Origin: a virus
DNA: 64,000 nucleotides
Virus record (IMG/VR): IMGVR_UViG_3300045988_174698
Strand: one strand, 5' to 3'
In this document: positions 10,168 to 20,416 of the stretch, one piece after another
Layout of the letters: every line of letters begins with the position of its first letter
Numbering within the stretch: the first letter of the stretch is position 1
Position numbers and translations under genes: made by a program
The notes under the pieces: generated by a model
What the model saw: the letters and a program-made list of their open reading frames with translations, nothing else
Database searches by the model: none
What the model was told of the DNA's origin: nothing

Positions 10168-10416
10168 TTACTTCCTAGAAAGCTTACACCTCCATTTTTC
10201 TAGATTTTTACCAAATCTAGCATCAAATATATAATCACAGTAACTATAATCATTAACTATTGTTCTAGGATTAGGAATATTACAATCAAAGTCTTTATCT
10301 TGAAGTTTAAAAAAATTACTTTTTAAGTAATTCTTTATTCTTCTTTTAACAATTCGATGATAAATATTCTTTATACCTTTATCCTTGTAAACTGGAACCT
10401 TATAACTCTTTGACAT
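10168..10416 (-). CDS. hypothetical basic protein
   Basis: 82-aa K/R-rich ORF. Confidence 0.25.
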   Translation of the reverse strand: MSKSYKVPVYKDKGIKNIYHRIVKRRIKNYLKSNFFKLQDKDFDCNIPNPRTIVNDYSYCDYIFDARFGKNLEKWRCKLSRK

Positions 10417-10438
10417 ATTAAGATAATATTAAATATAA

Positions 10439-10987
10439 TTAAGTTACTATATTTTTCATAAATGATATTCTAGCAATGTTTCGTAAATCACTAGATAATA
10501 CTTTAACAACTATATCTTGTCGGCCATTTCTTTGATAATAAGTATATAAAGACCTAGACTTATCTATACTCTTATTTGTTACCTTAGAATCAATTAGTTT
10601 AATTATGTCAGTTCGTCTACATACAATTCAATCTTTCTCTCCTTCAAATGCTATATAATCAGCCTTTCCAAATAGTCATCCAGGATTTCCTCGAACATTT
10701 TTTAGTTCTACTCAGTTGATATTATAATCTGGAGTATTATCAGCTCTACGATTTTTTTTTGCGCTCTTGATGTCAAATGTAAAAGTTCTATTATTATATG
10801 TTCATATAATATCAATATGATCATACATATCTTGATACTTAGATGGAATCTGAACAGTTCCTCCAACCTGAGATAGTAACAATTCAGAAAACTCAGATTC
10901 TTTTATCTTTCCTAATTTAGAGCAATCTATATATTTATTCATAATTGTGACCCCATTTTTCAGCTTCTTCAAATGTACTAAAAACAA
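10439..10987 (-). CDS. hypothetical protein, TGA-containing
   Basis: ORF 10802..10987 continues through four TGAs to a TAA at 10439-10441 (frame checked). Confidence 0.3.
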
Positions 10988-11198
10988 GATATTCTGGAAT
11001 CATTGTTACTATATCTTCAAAAGCATAAAATATATGAGGACCAGAATCTAAATATGAGACTATAATATCCTTAACTGTTCTAGGAGTAGTATCTACAGTA
11101 TAAGTATCTACAAAAACTCCTGCTTCAAATTGATGGGTCTTTTGACAAATAAATACTGTCTGCCCAATATCAAATTTGGTTTCTATACTAATTTTCAT
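10935..11198 (-). CDS. hypothetical protein
   Basis: 87-aa ORF. Confidence 0.25.
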   Translation of the reverse strand: MKISIETKFDIGQTVFICQKTHQFEAGVFVDTYTVDTTPRTVKDIIVSYLDSGPHIFYAFEDIVTMIPEYLVFSTFEEAEKWGHNYE

Positions 11199-11200
11199 TT

Positions 11201-11809
11201 TAGTTATCTATTATTTCAATATATCTCTGTTTAGGAGTAGTAACGTAAGGATTTTGATCTATAATAATAACTTCTATAACAGTATGTTTTCTAGTAAACC
11301 ATCGTGGTAGAAACCATTTTCGTGGTTTAATAGGTTCTTTATGAGAACTTAGAGTTATATACTTTTCATTATTATACTCATTACTTAAAGCTATTGTTCC
11401 TGGATAGGAAAGGTGTAGACAACTTCTGTTTCATTTATCTACAATACAAGTATCTAACACAAACCCAGGTTCTCTAAATATTGTATCTCTAATAACAATA
11501 GTATCTTTCTTAGAAAAATGTTCTAATTGATATTGTAACGCTTTAATTTTATTATCCTTAACTTTGTTCTCATTAGCTACTTTTTTCATTTTAAGCATTA
11601 AAGAATCGCTAAAGTATTCTAATTGCTCAATTGAAAGCTTAAATACACGATTACTTTCTTTTAATCATGAATTTTCCGCAGCATATGCTTTTTCATTATT
11701 TATAGAATTATCTAACGCAATATTCAGATTTCTAATTTTATTGGTCATAAAAATTATAGCCAATACAAGTAAAGTATAACTTAATATTCTTAAAATTATT
11801 TTTTTCATT
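11201..11809 (-). CDS. hypothetical membrane-anchored protein
   Basis: 203-codon minus-strand ORF (frame checked). N-terminus MKKIILRILSYTLLVLAIIFMT is a signal or transmembrane segment; one TGA. The plus-strand ORF 11564..11779 is its antisense. Confidence 0.35.
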
Positions 11810-12161
11810 ATATTAATTCTCTGTTAAAAGTTGAAACTACAAAACTTCGGAATAGAATTAAATCTTCTAGAGCATTATCTAACGATGCTACTTGTTTTTT
11901 AACTCTTAAATATTTTTCAGTAATAATTTGTATAATATTTTTAATATCTCTAATAGAACAAGGATCGTATTCAAACATACATAATCTTCTATTTAAAACA
12001 CCAATAGGCTCATTTGTTAAAATTATAGGAATTCTCTTGTTAGATTGAATTTTTATAACAAAAGGAATAGATCCAAGGTCTACTAATAATTTTAGATATC
12101 TTATATCTACATTATTTGGAAATATAAATCCTGCCTGTTTAAGATTTCTAGTAATTAACAT
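11809..12161 (-). CDS. hypothetical protein
   Basis: 117-aa ORF; its stop overlaps the next start (TAATG). Confidence 0.3.
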
Positions 12162-12204
12162 AGTATTAAAAAATAAGGCATTAGAAAACTAATGCCTTAA
12201 TATT

Positions 12205-12774
12205 TTATTGTTTATTAACAGTGTATCCATGATGTTCTAAAACTAGTTTACATAAGTTTAAGTACTCTTCTACAGTTAAATCACTTTTAGAATAATTAGC
12301 TGCAGGAGTTGTAATACCTAAATTTGATAAATCATTCGACCCGCCTTTAGAAACTGGTATTATATGATCAAAACAATAATCATCTTTTTCTAAATCAATA
12401 GGAGTGCCTGTTAAATAGCACTTTGTTTTTGTGCCAAATTTATTAATAATATCTAAAGTCTTAATTTTATTTAAACTCTTCATTCCTCTATTTTGAAAAT
12501 GTTCAATATATCTCCTTAAACGTTTACGTCATGTTCTATTAGAGATTCTTCTACATCCATGAGAGATTCTAGCACAAAAAGTACATAGTCTAGATTTAAT
12601 TCTCCCCTTAAGTGTATTACGTCATAATGAAGTAGATTTTCGTTGTTTACTATTAGTTATATCATTACAATAATATCCAACAATACTTTTGCTACATCCA
12701 AGTATCTTAGCAATTTCATTATAACTTTTATTATCACTTCTTAAAATAAGAATTTGTTCCTTTAACTTACTCAT
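12205..12774 (-). CDS. HNH endonuclease with N-terminal HTH (homing-endonuclease-like)
   Basis: C-terminus CYLTGTPIDLEKDDYCFDHIIPVSKGGSNDLSNLGITTPAANYSKSD is a canonical HNH motif. The N-terminal extension reaches ATG at 12772-12774 through two TGAs and has an HTH (SYNEIAKILGCSKSIVGYY). Frame checked. Confidence 0.7.
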
Positions 12775-13295
12775 AATCAACTTATTAGCACGAGCTCTCC
12801 GATTCGAACAGAGACCGTAGGGTTTGGAGCCCTACAATACGGTTTTGCTTACCACTATAGTTTTCACTACCAGTTTTACTGTTTGTAGTCTGGACTATAT
12901 CAGCTTGATATACAAGTGTGGCATTTAGTCTCTACACATTTATAGAGTAAAGTAGGATACATAGAGAAGTGTACGGCTTTAATTTTCGACCTACTAAGCA
13001 CTCCGCCTATTTTACACGGCATAAACAGCCTATGTTCTCTACTGTATTTTACTCTAATTTAGCTCGGTATTATCAGCTATCCATATTTCAGGACCTTAGA
13101 CTTTCTTAGAAAGCTGATTCGCATGATTTTTATCATCTTATTTCGCTTTTACCGAATTTGCCACAATTTTCACGCCAAGCGTGCTCCAATTCGAAGACCG
13201 CTGTGCTACCATTACACTAAGCTCGCATTTATTATCTTTAGTTATACAGCAAAGATAACAAAAATCTGTGAACAATCAAAAATTTAATTAACAAA
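12775..13295 (-). ncRNA. ORF-free 520-nt tract with higher GC; candidate structured RNA with a tRNA-like 3' module
   Basis: No ORF of 60 aa or more on either strand. GC is visibly above flanking DNA. Read on the minus strand, 12817-12835 is a perfect 6-bp stem with a 7-nt loop CUCCAAA (anticodon-like CCA), followed by a T-arm-like CTCTG-TTCGAAT-CGGAG at 12797-12813. No matching 5' acceptor or D-arm was found. Confidence 0.25.
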
Positions 13296-14501
13296 TTATA
13301 AAGAAAATTTGCGAATTTTGGTTAAATAAATCTCTTTACGATATTGGTTAACTCCACCATAGTCACCATAACTCATCTGCACTTTACGAAGATGGTATAG
13401 CTTACCTCCCTCTAATTTTAATTTATCTGCTATATCCTTTGGAAAAGTAAAATCAATAACCTTGTCAACTGTTATTTTTTTATAGTTACTATCCTTTGAA
13501 TTTATAACATATATTAAGAAAGCACTTAATATAAGCAGGTACCACTTAATTTCAGAGTAATCTGTAGTGGGTCTTAAAAATCTGAATTCTACAGTTTTAT
13601 GGGCATCACCTGAAATTAAATGCATTATATTCATATTAAAATATCTACCGTGCACTTCCCACTTACGCTCCTCTGTTGAATCATATGAATTAGGTAAATA
13701 AAAACTTTGGTCATCATTATACTTATTACCAGTGAACCTTTTGTAGAATGTAGGGAGAGATGCAATACTCGGAAAAGGTTTATTGTAAGCTTTACCATTA
13801 CTTTTATAGCGTTCTGTATAGTAACTATATCTTGGTATGTACATACTAATAGACCATTGAAAATGGCACCAGAACTTACACAGACGATTAATATAACTAT
13901 TATTAATTGGAAAGTTACCAAAATGAATATGCAAAGAGCAGTTTTTATCGTAAAACGTGTATCTTTCAAGCAGTTTCAAATGCTGTTTAATAATAGGTAA
14001 ATCTATATGTGTTAATGGAAAAGTTACATATTCATGCCCATTAATTGAACCATCATACAGTGGTACTAGATTTGTATCAATACAACTTAACCAAGGTATG
14101 TTTCCTGCGGATGTTTCATATTCAAGGCCAAAGGTAAAGTCTTCAATATATGTAAATTCTTTATCAGGTATTAATTTAATATACTTAGGTTTTAAAGATA
14201 GTTTTGAAAAATTGTAACATCTATCTATTGGATAATTAAACACATATTTAGAATCTGTAATGATATTATTAGATAGTTTTAAATCTATCGTATAGCAACA
14301 AATATTATTTACCCAATATAATGGTATTTTGCAGTTCTCGCGTCTTTCCAAATAGGTAATTTTCCCTTCTATTACTAGAGGAATATTTAGTGGGTCTATT
14401 TCAAAATAACCATATTCTATATATGCGTAATCAATATAGATCACACCTCTTAGTAAGGTATCTCCAGTTTCCCACCTTTTTTTAGTATTATTGTACAGCA
14501 T
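13296..14501 (-). CDS. glutamine-synthetase-like COOH-NH2 amidoligase (Amidoligase_2-type)
   Basis: FTFGLEYETSAG (GxExE metal-binding strand), NCSLHIHFG (HxH) and TVEFRFL (ExR). These are the conserved residues of the GS-like amidoligase superfamily described in phage operons. Confidence 0.55.
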   Translation of the reverse strand: MLYNNTKKRWETGDTLLRGVIYIDYAYIEYGYFEIDPLNIPLVIEGKITYLERRENCKIPLYWVNNICCYTIDLKLSNNIITDSKYVFNYPIDRCYNFSKLSLKPKYIKLIPDKEFTYIEDFTFGLEYETSAGNIPWLSCIDTNLVPLYDGSINGHEYVTFPLTHIDLPIIKQHLKLLERYTFYDKNCSLHIHFGNFPINNSYINRLCKFWCHFQWSISMYIPRYSYYTERYKSNGKAYNKPFPSIASLPTFYKRFTGNKYNDDQSFYLPNSYDSTEERKWEVHGRYFNMNIMHLISGDAHKTVEFRFLRPTTDYSEIKWYLLILSAFLIYVINSKDSNYKKITVDKVIDFTFPKDIADKLKLEGGKLYHLRKVQMSYGDYGGVNQYRKEIYLTKIRKFSL

Positions 14502-15810
14502 CTAAATTAACAAGTCTATTAGTTATAAACTGTAAAATCTGTGTTTCTAGTACTTCAAAATCGAATGTTGTATTTTCTGCATTATTCTTGAAAATTTCAA
14601 AAGCGCTAGGAGCATAGGTATATGTTGTAGAACTTACTCCATCTTTTACATTAACTTTATCAGGAGCATTAAATAGAGTAACATATGATCCTTCCATGTA
14701 CTTCATATAATTGAAGTCTTTGTCAACAGTAGTTAAGACACCATTAATAATTCGAGGATTATATGCAAAGTAATCAATAACTTCGGGACAATAAACAGAA
14801 AGAACATCATTTGTAAAAAGGTCATCTATATTTTCAAGGAAATCATAACTTTCTTTATTGGGTAACAATCGCCCATAGAAGAAGTAGAAAGTATGTCTAT
14901 ATGCGTTAGAGCTGGCATATGCTTCGGGTACTAAATGCCCAGAAGGATAAGCTAGATACATACCGTGTGCTGGAATTTCATTTAACATATACGTACCTGT
15001 AGTTTGACTGTAATATAAGTTATTAGAGGTATATGCTGGGGAATTATCCTTATAAGAAGCACCATATACTGGTATGCAAAGGGTTCTCCTTAATTTTTCA
15101 CGATTAATATTTCTAATACAGTAAACCTTGTTATCCTTAATTCGGCATAACTTATTTACAGGAAATTCATAGATTGTTTTTTTACAGTTGATGGAATATA
15201 GAGAAGCATACATCGACGAAAAATAAAGTTTACCCTCGTTAATCATATAAACTAAAGGTCGCTCAGATTTTGTTTTGTTTTCATTATAACAAGAGCTCCC
15301 TTTGAACATGAGTACTTCTGGAGTCAAAGATCTATAATCTACCATTATAAGAACAGCACAACCTGTATATTCTTCTAGAACATCATATCCATGTTCATAA
15401 ATAATTTCTGCCAAAATTTGAGAATCAGACATACCAAGAGTATTAGGTTCTGGAAGATATTTATTAGATAATTCTCCAATATTAAGAATAGTACCATTAT
15501 GCATTAGTACAAACTCAATTTTGTTACCACGTCTAATAACAACTGGCTGAGCCTGATCTAAATTCACAGGATATCCAGGAGAGGCCTTTCGACAATGTAA
15601 TAAAGCAATAGAAGCTGACTTTGGATAATTTATACTAGTAGTAAAGTTCCTAAATAATTTTCTGTCACTGACTCCATATTCTACCTTACCATCAATAAAA
15701 ATACCACAACTATCTCCCCCTCTTTCATCGTTTAGGGTTCCAAGTATATTAAAGTGGTTTATGTTAAATTCAGTCTTTTCAGTAGAAATTATTCCAGCTA
15801 GTCCGCACAT
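14488..15810 (-). CDS. class II (Ntn) glutamine amidotransferase-like protein
   Basis: N-terminus MCGLAGII has Cys2 as the predicted nucleophile (AsnB/PurF/GlmS-type). GDSCGIFIDG follows. Confidence 0.55.
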   Translation of the reverse strand: MCGLAGIISTEKTEFNINHFNILGTLNDERGGDSCGIFIDGKVEYGVSDRKLFRNFTTSINYPKSASIALLHCRKASPGYPVNLDQAQPVVIRRGNKIEFVLMHNGTILNIGELSNKYLPEPNTLGMSDSQILAEIIYEHGYDVLEEYTGCAVLIMVDYRSLTPEVLMFKGSSCYNENKTKSERPLVYMINEGKLYFSSMYASLYSINCKKTIYEFPVNKLCRIKDNKVYCIRNINREKLRRTLCIPVYGASYKDNSPAYTSNNLYYSQTTGTYMLNEIPAHGMYLAYPSGHLVPEAYASSNAYRHTFYFFYGRLLPNKESYDFLENIDDLFTNDVLSVYCPEVIDYFAYNPRIINGVLTTVDKDFNYMKYMEGSYVTLFNAPDKVNVKDGVSSTTYTYAPSAFEIFKNNAENTTFDFEVLETQILQFITNRLVNLDAVQ

Positions 15811-16589
15811 ATTCCATAAAGTTTAATTAGATGTTCTGCCAGTACTTTATTAGATGTATTAATACACTTTTGAACTAAATCTCCTTCTGGCAAAGGAAAT
15901 CCTTCATTAAACATATCTACAGCTAACATAGTTTGTTTATAAATCATTGGAAGGTATTTGTCATTAAGCATAAAGCTACTTAGACATCTTGCTTCTACTC
16001 CCCACTCAGGACAACGGAAACTTCCTGCTTGACCATATAGAGTTCTTCTAAAAGTATCTCTATCATATAATACAGAAGGAACTCCACAGCATAGATCAAA
16101 GAACTTAATAAGCTTAACAGATGTATCAAAATTAGGGTTATCATATCCTATGTGAATGTGTGAACCTGCCACTCTTCTATTATCAGGATAACCTTGTGGC
16201 TTATCGTTTTCACACTCTGTATAAGCATCATAATCACTAGAACATCCAATTTCATTTGCTTTAGGATCAAGTAATTGATCTTCAGGCACGGGCATAGATG
16301 CACTACAACAAATATCAAGATTGTTATCGAATTGTTTAACCCAATTACGAATCCAATCTTTCATATATTTAATAGAATCTACAAATTCATTACTAGAAGT
16401 ACAAGGTGGGATATTAAATTCTCCTAAAATACAGTCAATCTCCACACCAAATCCTTTTGGCATGCCTTTAGTATATGGTTTACCTTTTTCTCCTGGAATT
16501 ATTCCAATTGCAGATACTACTTGGTTTGTTTTTGTATTAAAAATAAATAACTCGGGGTCTGCTCCAACTGTAATATTTTTAATTTTCAT
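15798..16589 (-). CDS. second GS-like carboxylate-amine ligase (GCS2/YbdK-like), tentative
   Basis: N-terminal strand ITVGADPELFIF resembles the GxExEF first strand of GCS2/amidoligase enzymes. The rest was not recognised. Confidence 0.35.
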   Translation of the reverse strand: MKIKNITVGADPELFIFNTKTNQVVSAIGIIPGEKGKPYTKGMPKGFGVEIDCILGEFNIPPCTSSNEFVDSIKYMKDWIRNWVKQFDNNLDICCSASMPVPEDQLLDPKANEIGCSSDYDAYTECENDKPQGYPDNRRVAGSHIHIGYDNPNFDTSVKLIKFFDLCCGVPSVLYDRDTFRRTLYGQAGSFRCPEWGVEARCLSSFMLNDKYLPMIYKQTMLAVDMFNEGFPLPEGDLVQKCINTSNKVLAEHLIKLYGICAD

Positions 16590-17226
16590 CTGCTATTAAT
16601 TTATCAATTATTTCATTTATTCTTATAACAATTGGTGATTCAGGTCTCATATATTCAGGATGTCCTTGGATAGCCAAACACTTTGGAAGATTTGGTCTGT
16701 CATACAAAACAATTTCAGGTTCACAAGGAGGAGACATAACATTATCTCCCTCATATATACTTGACCGATGACTAGTTGAATAAAACAAACATGTCCAATA
16801 CTTATATGGTATTATAAATGGATACTGCATTTGATGGTGTGTACTGGTAATTTCATACATTTTATTCGTACTTATCTCTGTAATAGAGTGAGTTATTCGA
16901 ATAGCATGATTTTCCACATTCTGAATAAGTATGCCACCATTCATAATACATAAATATTGACTGCCTCGGCAGATCCCCACAGCTAACTGATCAGGTCTGA
17001 TTTTCTCAAATTCTTTCTTTTCTGCGAGATCCCTTTGTAAATTAGCACAAGTAGTAGGATGAGGTTTACAGTTATACAAAGAAGGGTGTACATCTTCTCC
17101 ACCTGTAAAAATAACAATATCTGCATCGTTAATATCATCTACTAGCTCACGCTTAGTAATAAAATTAGCATAGTGTACTTGATTACCAACGACATATACT
17201 TTTTTTGTTTTTAGCATAGTATTCAT
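16579..17226 (-). CDS. class I glutamine amidotransferase / C26 gamma-glutamyl-hydrolase-like protein
   Basis: IVIFTGGEDVHPSLY and LAVGICRGSQYLCIMNGG (GxCxGxQ nucleophile elbow) and GHPEY (His of the triad). Confidence 0.55.
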   Translation of the reverse strand: MNTMLKTKKVYVVGNQVHYANFITKRELVDDINDADIVIFTGGEDVHPSLYNCKPHPTTCANLQRDLAEKKEFEKIRPDQLAVGICRGSQYLCIMNGGILIQNVENHAIRITHSITEISTNKMYEITSTHHQMQYPFIIPYKYWTCLFYSTSHRSSIYEGDNVMSPPCEPEIVLYDRPNLPKCLAIQGHPEYMRPESPIVIRINEIIDKLIADEN

Positions 17227-17881
17227 TCGCTATAAAATTAATTCCCTTGACAATTTGAGGTAATTGCTTCGAGTTAAATACTCGAAGCAAATGGCACAAA
17301 CTATTATGTTCAGCCATAATCCTACAAAAACTTTCACTATAGTTAAAGTCCCTTCTAATTAAATTAAACTGGCACTTAGGATTAATGTTATAAAATGTTA
17401 GGTTATCTAATCCTGGGCAATGACATCTTCTTCCATCATGAAACAATGTAATATAAAGTTGCATAATTTGAGTAATATCCAATTCTGGAAAGTTTGCTCT
17501 ATTTTGCCATGCAGAGTATAATAATAACCAAAACGGATTTTCGTATACATATCTAATATACATAGCACTATAGACAAAGAATCTATTGTCAGGAGCACAC
17601 CTAATTTGTAATTTGTATGAATGTGTACTCTTTACAAGTGATATTAATGTAAACCCCAGTAGTCTTGAGATTTCCTTAAAGTACTCAATTAATGTTTTCG
17701 TATCAAATGTACAGTAGTTAAGCTGAACTTGTCTACTTCGAGGCCATATAATAGTAGCATAATAATAACCATTAAATTCACCTTGAGAACATCCCCTACT
17801 AAAACAAGCCATATTTTCATAAAAGTAATTACCAGCATAGTAATTACATTTATATTCTTTTCCTCTAAAATCTAGTATCAT
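17183..17881 (-). CDS. hypothetical Cys-rich protein
   Basis: 232-aa ORF. Overlaps the GATase-I gene start by about 44 nt. Confidence 0.3.
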   Translation of the reverse strand: MILDFRGKEYKCNYYAGNYFYENMACFSRGCSQGEFNGYYYATIIWPRSRQVQLNYCTFDTKTLIEYFKEISRLLGFTLISLVKSTHSYKLQIRCAPDNRFFVYSAMYIRYVYENPFWLLLYSAWQNRANFPELDITQIMQLYITLFHDGRRCHCPGLDNLTFYNINPKCQFNLIRRDFNYSESFCRIMAEHNSLCHLLRVFNSKQLPQIVKGINFIANEYYAKNKKSICRW

Positions 17882-18608
17882 AGTACTTTTTTAAATGATT
17901 CCCATAATAAGTTATCCCAAAAGAAGCCAGAGAAGGAGCTGTATTACTTTCAACAATGATATAACTATTATCACTACACAATATATCAAAGCAGGCAATT
18001 GTGAGGTCCATTTGTTTTAATGCCTTAATACAATCACTAATTATATTTTCCCAACATACAGGTAATTTGTGTTCCTCTGTTACTAAAACAAATATTGAAT
18101 TATCAGCATGTTTATGCCATTGTACTTCAGCGTCTTGTTTCAGCACTTTTTTACAAGCATAAAAACAACCATGATGAACATCAATATGTACTCTATATTC
18201 ATTTGGGAAGAAGTAATACTTTTCAAACACGAAATCCCTTATATTAACATTATTACATAGATCGTCTAAAGATTTGGGATTATCAATATAATAAATATTC
18301 TTCCCTTTCGATGAATGTTTATGTTTTGCTATAAGAATTTTGTGCTGCATAAAAAACTTATAAATGCTTGCTTTGTTAGAAGAACTAATCCATTCACTAT
18401 GAGATACACCCGCTTTGTCAAAGGCACGCTTCATTAATATTTTATTCCCAGAAGTTTTAACTCCCTCTATAGTATTAATTTCCAAATATTTATATTTAGA
18501 AATTAAAGGAGTTGTGCTCCCTAAACGTAGTAGTACTCTTTGATTAAAAGGTATACTACGTAAAGGAGCACAACTTGTATTTGGACTGAAAACTCGAAGT
18601 TTTAACAT
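17865..18608 (-). CDS. ATP-grasp ligase (RimK/glutathione-synthetase-like)
   Basis: ILIAKHKHSSKGKNIYYI (ATP-binding lysine strand) and IIVESNTAPSL (the E-N pair of the ATP-grasp C-domain). Confidence 0.5.
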   Translation of the reverse strand: MLKLRVFSPNTSCAPLRSIPFNQRVLLRLGSTTPLISKYKYLEINTIEGVKTSGNKILMKRAFDKAGVSHSEWISSSNKASIYKFFMQHKILIAKHKHSSKGKNIYYIDNPKSLDDLCNNVNIRDFVFEKYYFFPNEYRVHIDVHHGCFYACKKVLKQDAEVQWHKHADNSIFVLVTEEHKLPVCWENIISDCIKALKQMDLTIACFDILCSDNSYIIVESNTAPSLASFGITYYGNHLKKYYDTRF

Positions 18609-18609
18609 A

Positions 18610-19152
18610 CTATAGTTCTAATGCCTTATTATAGCAGTACACAGCCAGTTCCTTCTGGGTTAACTTATTATAATCAGCAAATTCAGCCCCATGGTCCTGT
18701 AAAAGCTTTGCAATATACTGTAGTTCGTGTTTTTTTAGTTTGCTAAATTGAGTGGCCGAGAATTCTGCGACCTTCTTATCAAGAGCAATTAATTTGAGGA
18801 ATACTTTTCCAAATGGTTTATTATTAAATTTATTAATATATACCTTTTGGTCAATATTATCCTCTACTGGGATAGCTTTAGGTTCAGGGTTAGGAACAAC
18901 CTCGTCATATGGGATAATCATAAATTCAGGTACCCATATGCCTATAGATAGAAAATATGGAATATCTGGGTCATTCTTATCTACATCCTCAATAACAGCA
19001 ACATTACCAAAATAGGGAAAATCAGAAAATAAGACATATTTCATGTCTTTGTTACAATAAACACCTTCTAAGTCAGGTGCTTCCTTGAGTAGATTATCCT
19101 TAAGTAAACAATCAAGATTTTTAATGATAACTTTGTCTCCTTGTTCAAACAT
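18610..19152 (-). CDS. hypothetical protein
   Basis: 180-aa ORF. Confidence 0.3.
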   Translation of the reverse strand: MFEQGDKVIIKNLDCLLKDNLLKEAPDLEGVYCNKDMKYVLFSDFPYFGNVAVIEDVDKNDPDIPYFLSIGIWVPEFMIIPYDEVVPNPEPKAIPVEDNIDQKVYINKFNNKPFGKVFLKLIALDKKVAEFSATQFSKLKKHELQYIAKLLQDHGAEFADYNKLTQKELAVYCYNKALEL

Positions 19153-19166
19153 AACTATTTTTATTT

Positions 19167-20243
19167 TTATTTGAAAAATGATAAATATTCTAATGGACTA
19201 ACAATTCTATATTTAGTCTTTCTAAACTCTAAAAGGTCAAAAGAATCTGAATAACTCATCATTGACCTTAAGTAGTCAACGAAATTTTCACACCAATCTT
19301 GTAACTTATACAAAACTGGAACTGTGGTTTCAATACCCTCAGCAGTTTTGAGTTTTTGGTTTCCTATTTCTATCTGTGCTTTTTTAGTAGACATACCATA
19401 GTATTTACGTCTGAGTCCTAGATTTGGATCTGTAACAGGTAGTAACTCTCCACAGGCTTCTTGAGATTGTGCAAAGAGTTTTCCAACCATTACATAATCA
19501 GCTCCAAGAGCTAGTGCTTTAATAATCTTATCATAATTATCAAATCCTCCGTCCGCAATAATAAATGGAACACTTTTGTATGGATGAGTTATTGAGTTAC
19601 AACCCAAGTAAAAACCAGAGTCACCCGCTATATTAACTACTTTTGTTTCTTCAATACATTTTTCTATAGCCCGCTTTTTATCAACAACTTCCTTAATTAA
19701 GGAAGCCATTGCATAGTGTATTCCACCATTAGCAGAAGTAGTACATACAGAACCTCCCCCTACACCTATCCGTACAAAATCAATTCCTGCTAGTGAATAA
19801 TCAGCATAAGTATCAGGGTTAGCAATATTGCCCGCCATTAATGACAATCGACCTCCAAATATAGACTTTGCTTGTGAGCATAAATCAATTAACTTTAACA
19901 TGTGGCCATTAGCAATATCAACACACACATAACGAATATCATTGGTGGTATCATATATATTTTCAAAATCTGTAATAAATCTTTCAAACTCAGATAAGCC
20001 AAGTGCAACAAACGTACTTGTAGACAACTCCCATCGTTTATCATAATCTACTCCTCTTGGAATAATTGTATTGATCTTATTTCTAAGAAAAACTTCATAA
20101 TTATTCTCATTAATAACAGAATTCATAGGAGCAGTAAATAACGGCAGCATACCATCAAAGTTATATGGATTACAGTCTGCACGATGTTCTATTCTACTGG
20201 TTCTAGCTGGTACTAAACAAATATCATTTAACCCATATGTCAT
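19167..20243 (-). CDS. GMP reductase / IMP dehydrogenase family protein (GuaC-like, no CBS domains)
   Basis: RIGVGGGSVCTTSANGG matches the IMPDH/GMPR catalytic Cys loop G(I/V)GxGSxCTT. IIADGGFDNYDKIIKALALGADYVMVGKLFAQSQEACGE matches GuaC SDGGC...GADFVMLGGMLAGHEESGG. Length of 358 aa. Confidence 0.7.
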   Translation of the reverse strand: MTYGLNDICLVPARTSRIEHRADCNPYNFDGMLPLFTAPMNSVINENNYEVFLRNKINTIIPRGVDYDKRWELSTSTFVALGLSEFERFITDFENIYDTTNDIRYVCVDIANGHMLKLIDLCSQAKSIFGGRLSLMAGNIANPDTYADYSLAGIDFVRIGVGGGSVCTTSANGGIHYAMASLIKEVVDKKRAIEKCIEETKVVNIAGDSGFYLGCNSITHPYKSVPFIIADGGFDNYDKIIKALALGADYVMVGKLFAQSQEACGELLPVTDPNLGLRRKYYGMSTKKAQIEIGNQKLKTAEGIETTVPVLYKLQDWCENFVDYLRSMMSYSDSFDLLEFRKTKYRIVSPLEYLSFFK

Positions 20244-20416
20244 TTTTAATCTCTCTTAATTAGTTTATTTTTCTGTTCCTCAGTATCCCTAAATTTTTTT
20301 ATTTTTCTTTTCTTATTTAGACGAGCAATCTCTTCCTCGTACCTATTATATTTATCCAATTGATTACCTCGAATAAATTTACCCATGATAAAAAACAGAA
20401 TTTCAATTTTGATTTA

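Noticed and set aside
13631-14217. Three ORFs overlapping the amidoligase gene (13631..13969 -, 13707..14000 +, 13957..14217 +)
   Set aside because: Alternative frames or antisense of 13296..14501, which carries the conserved amidoligase residues.
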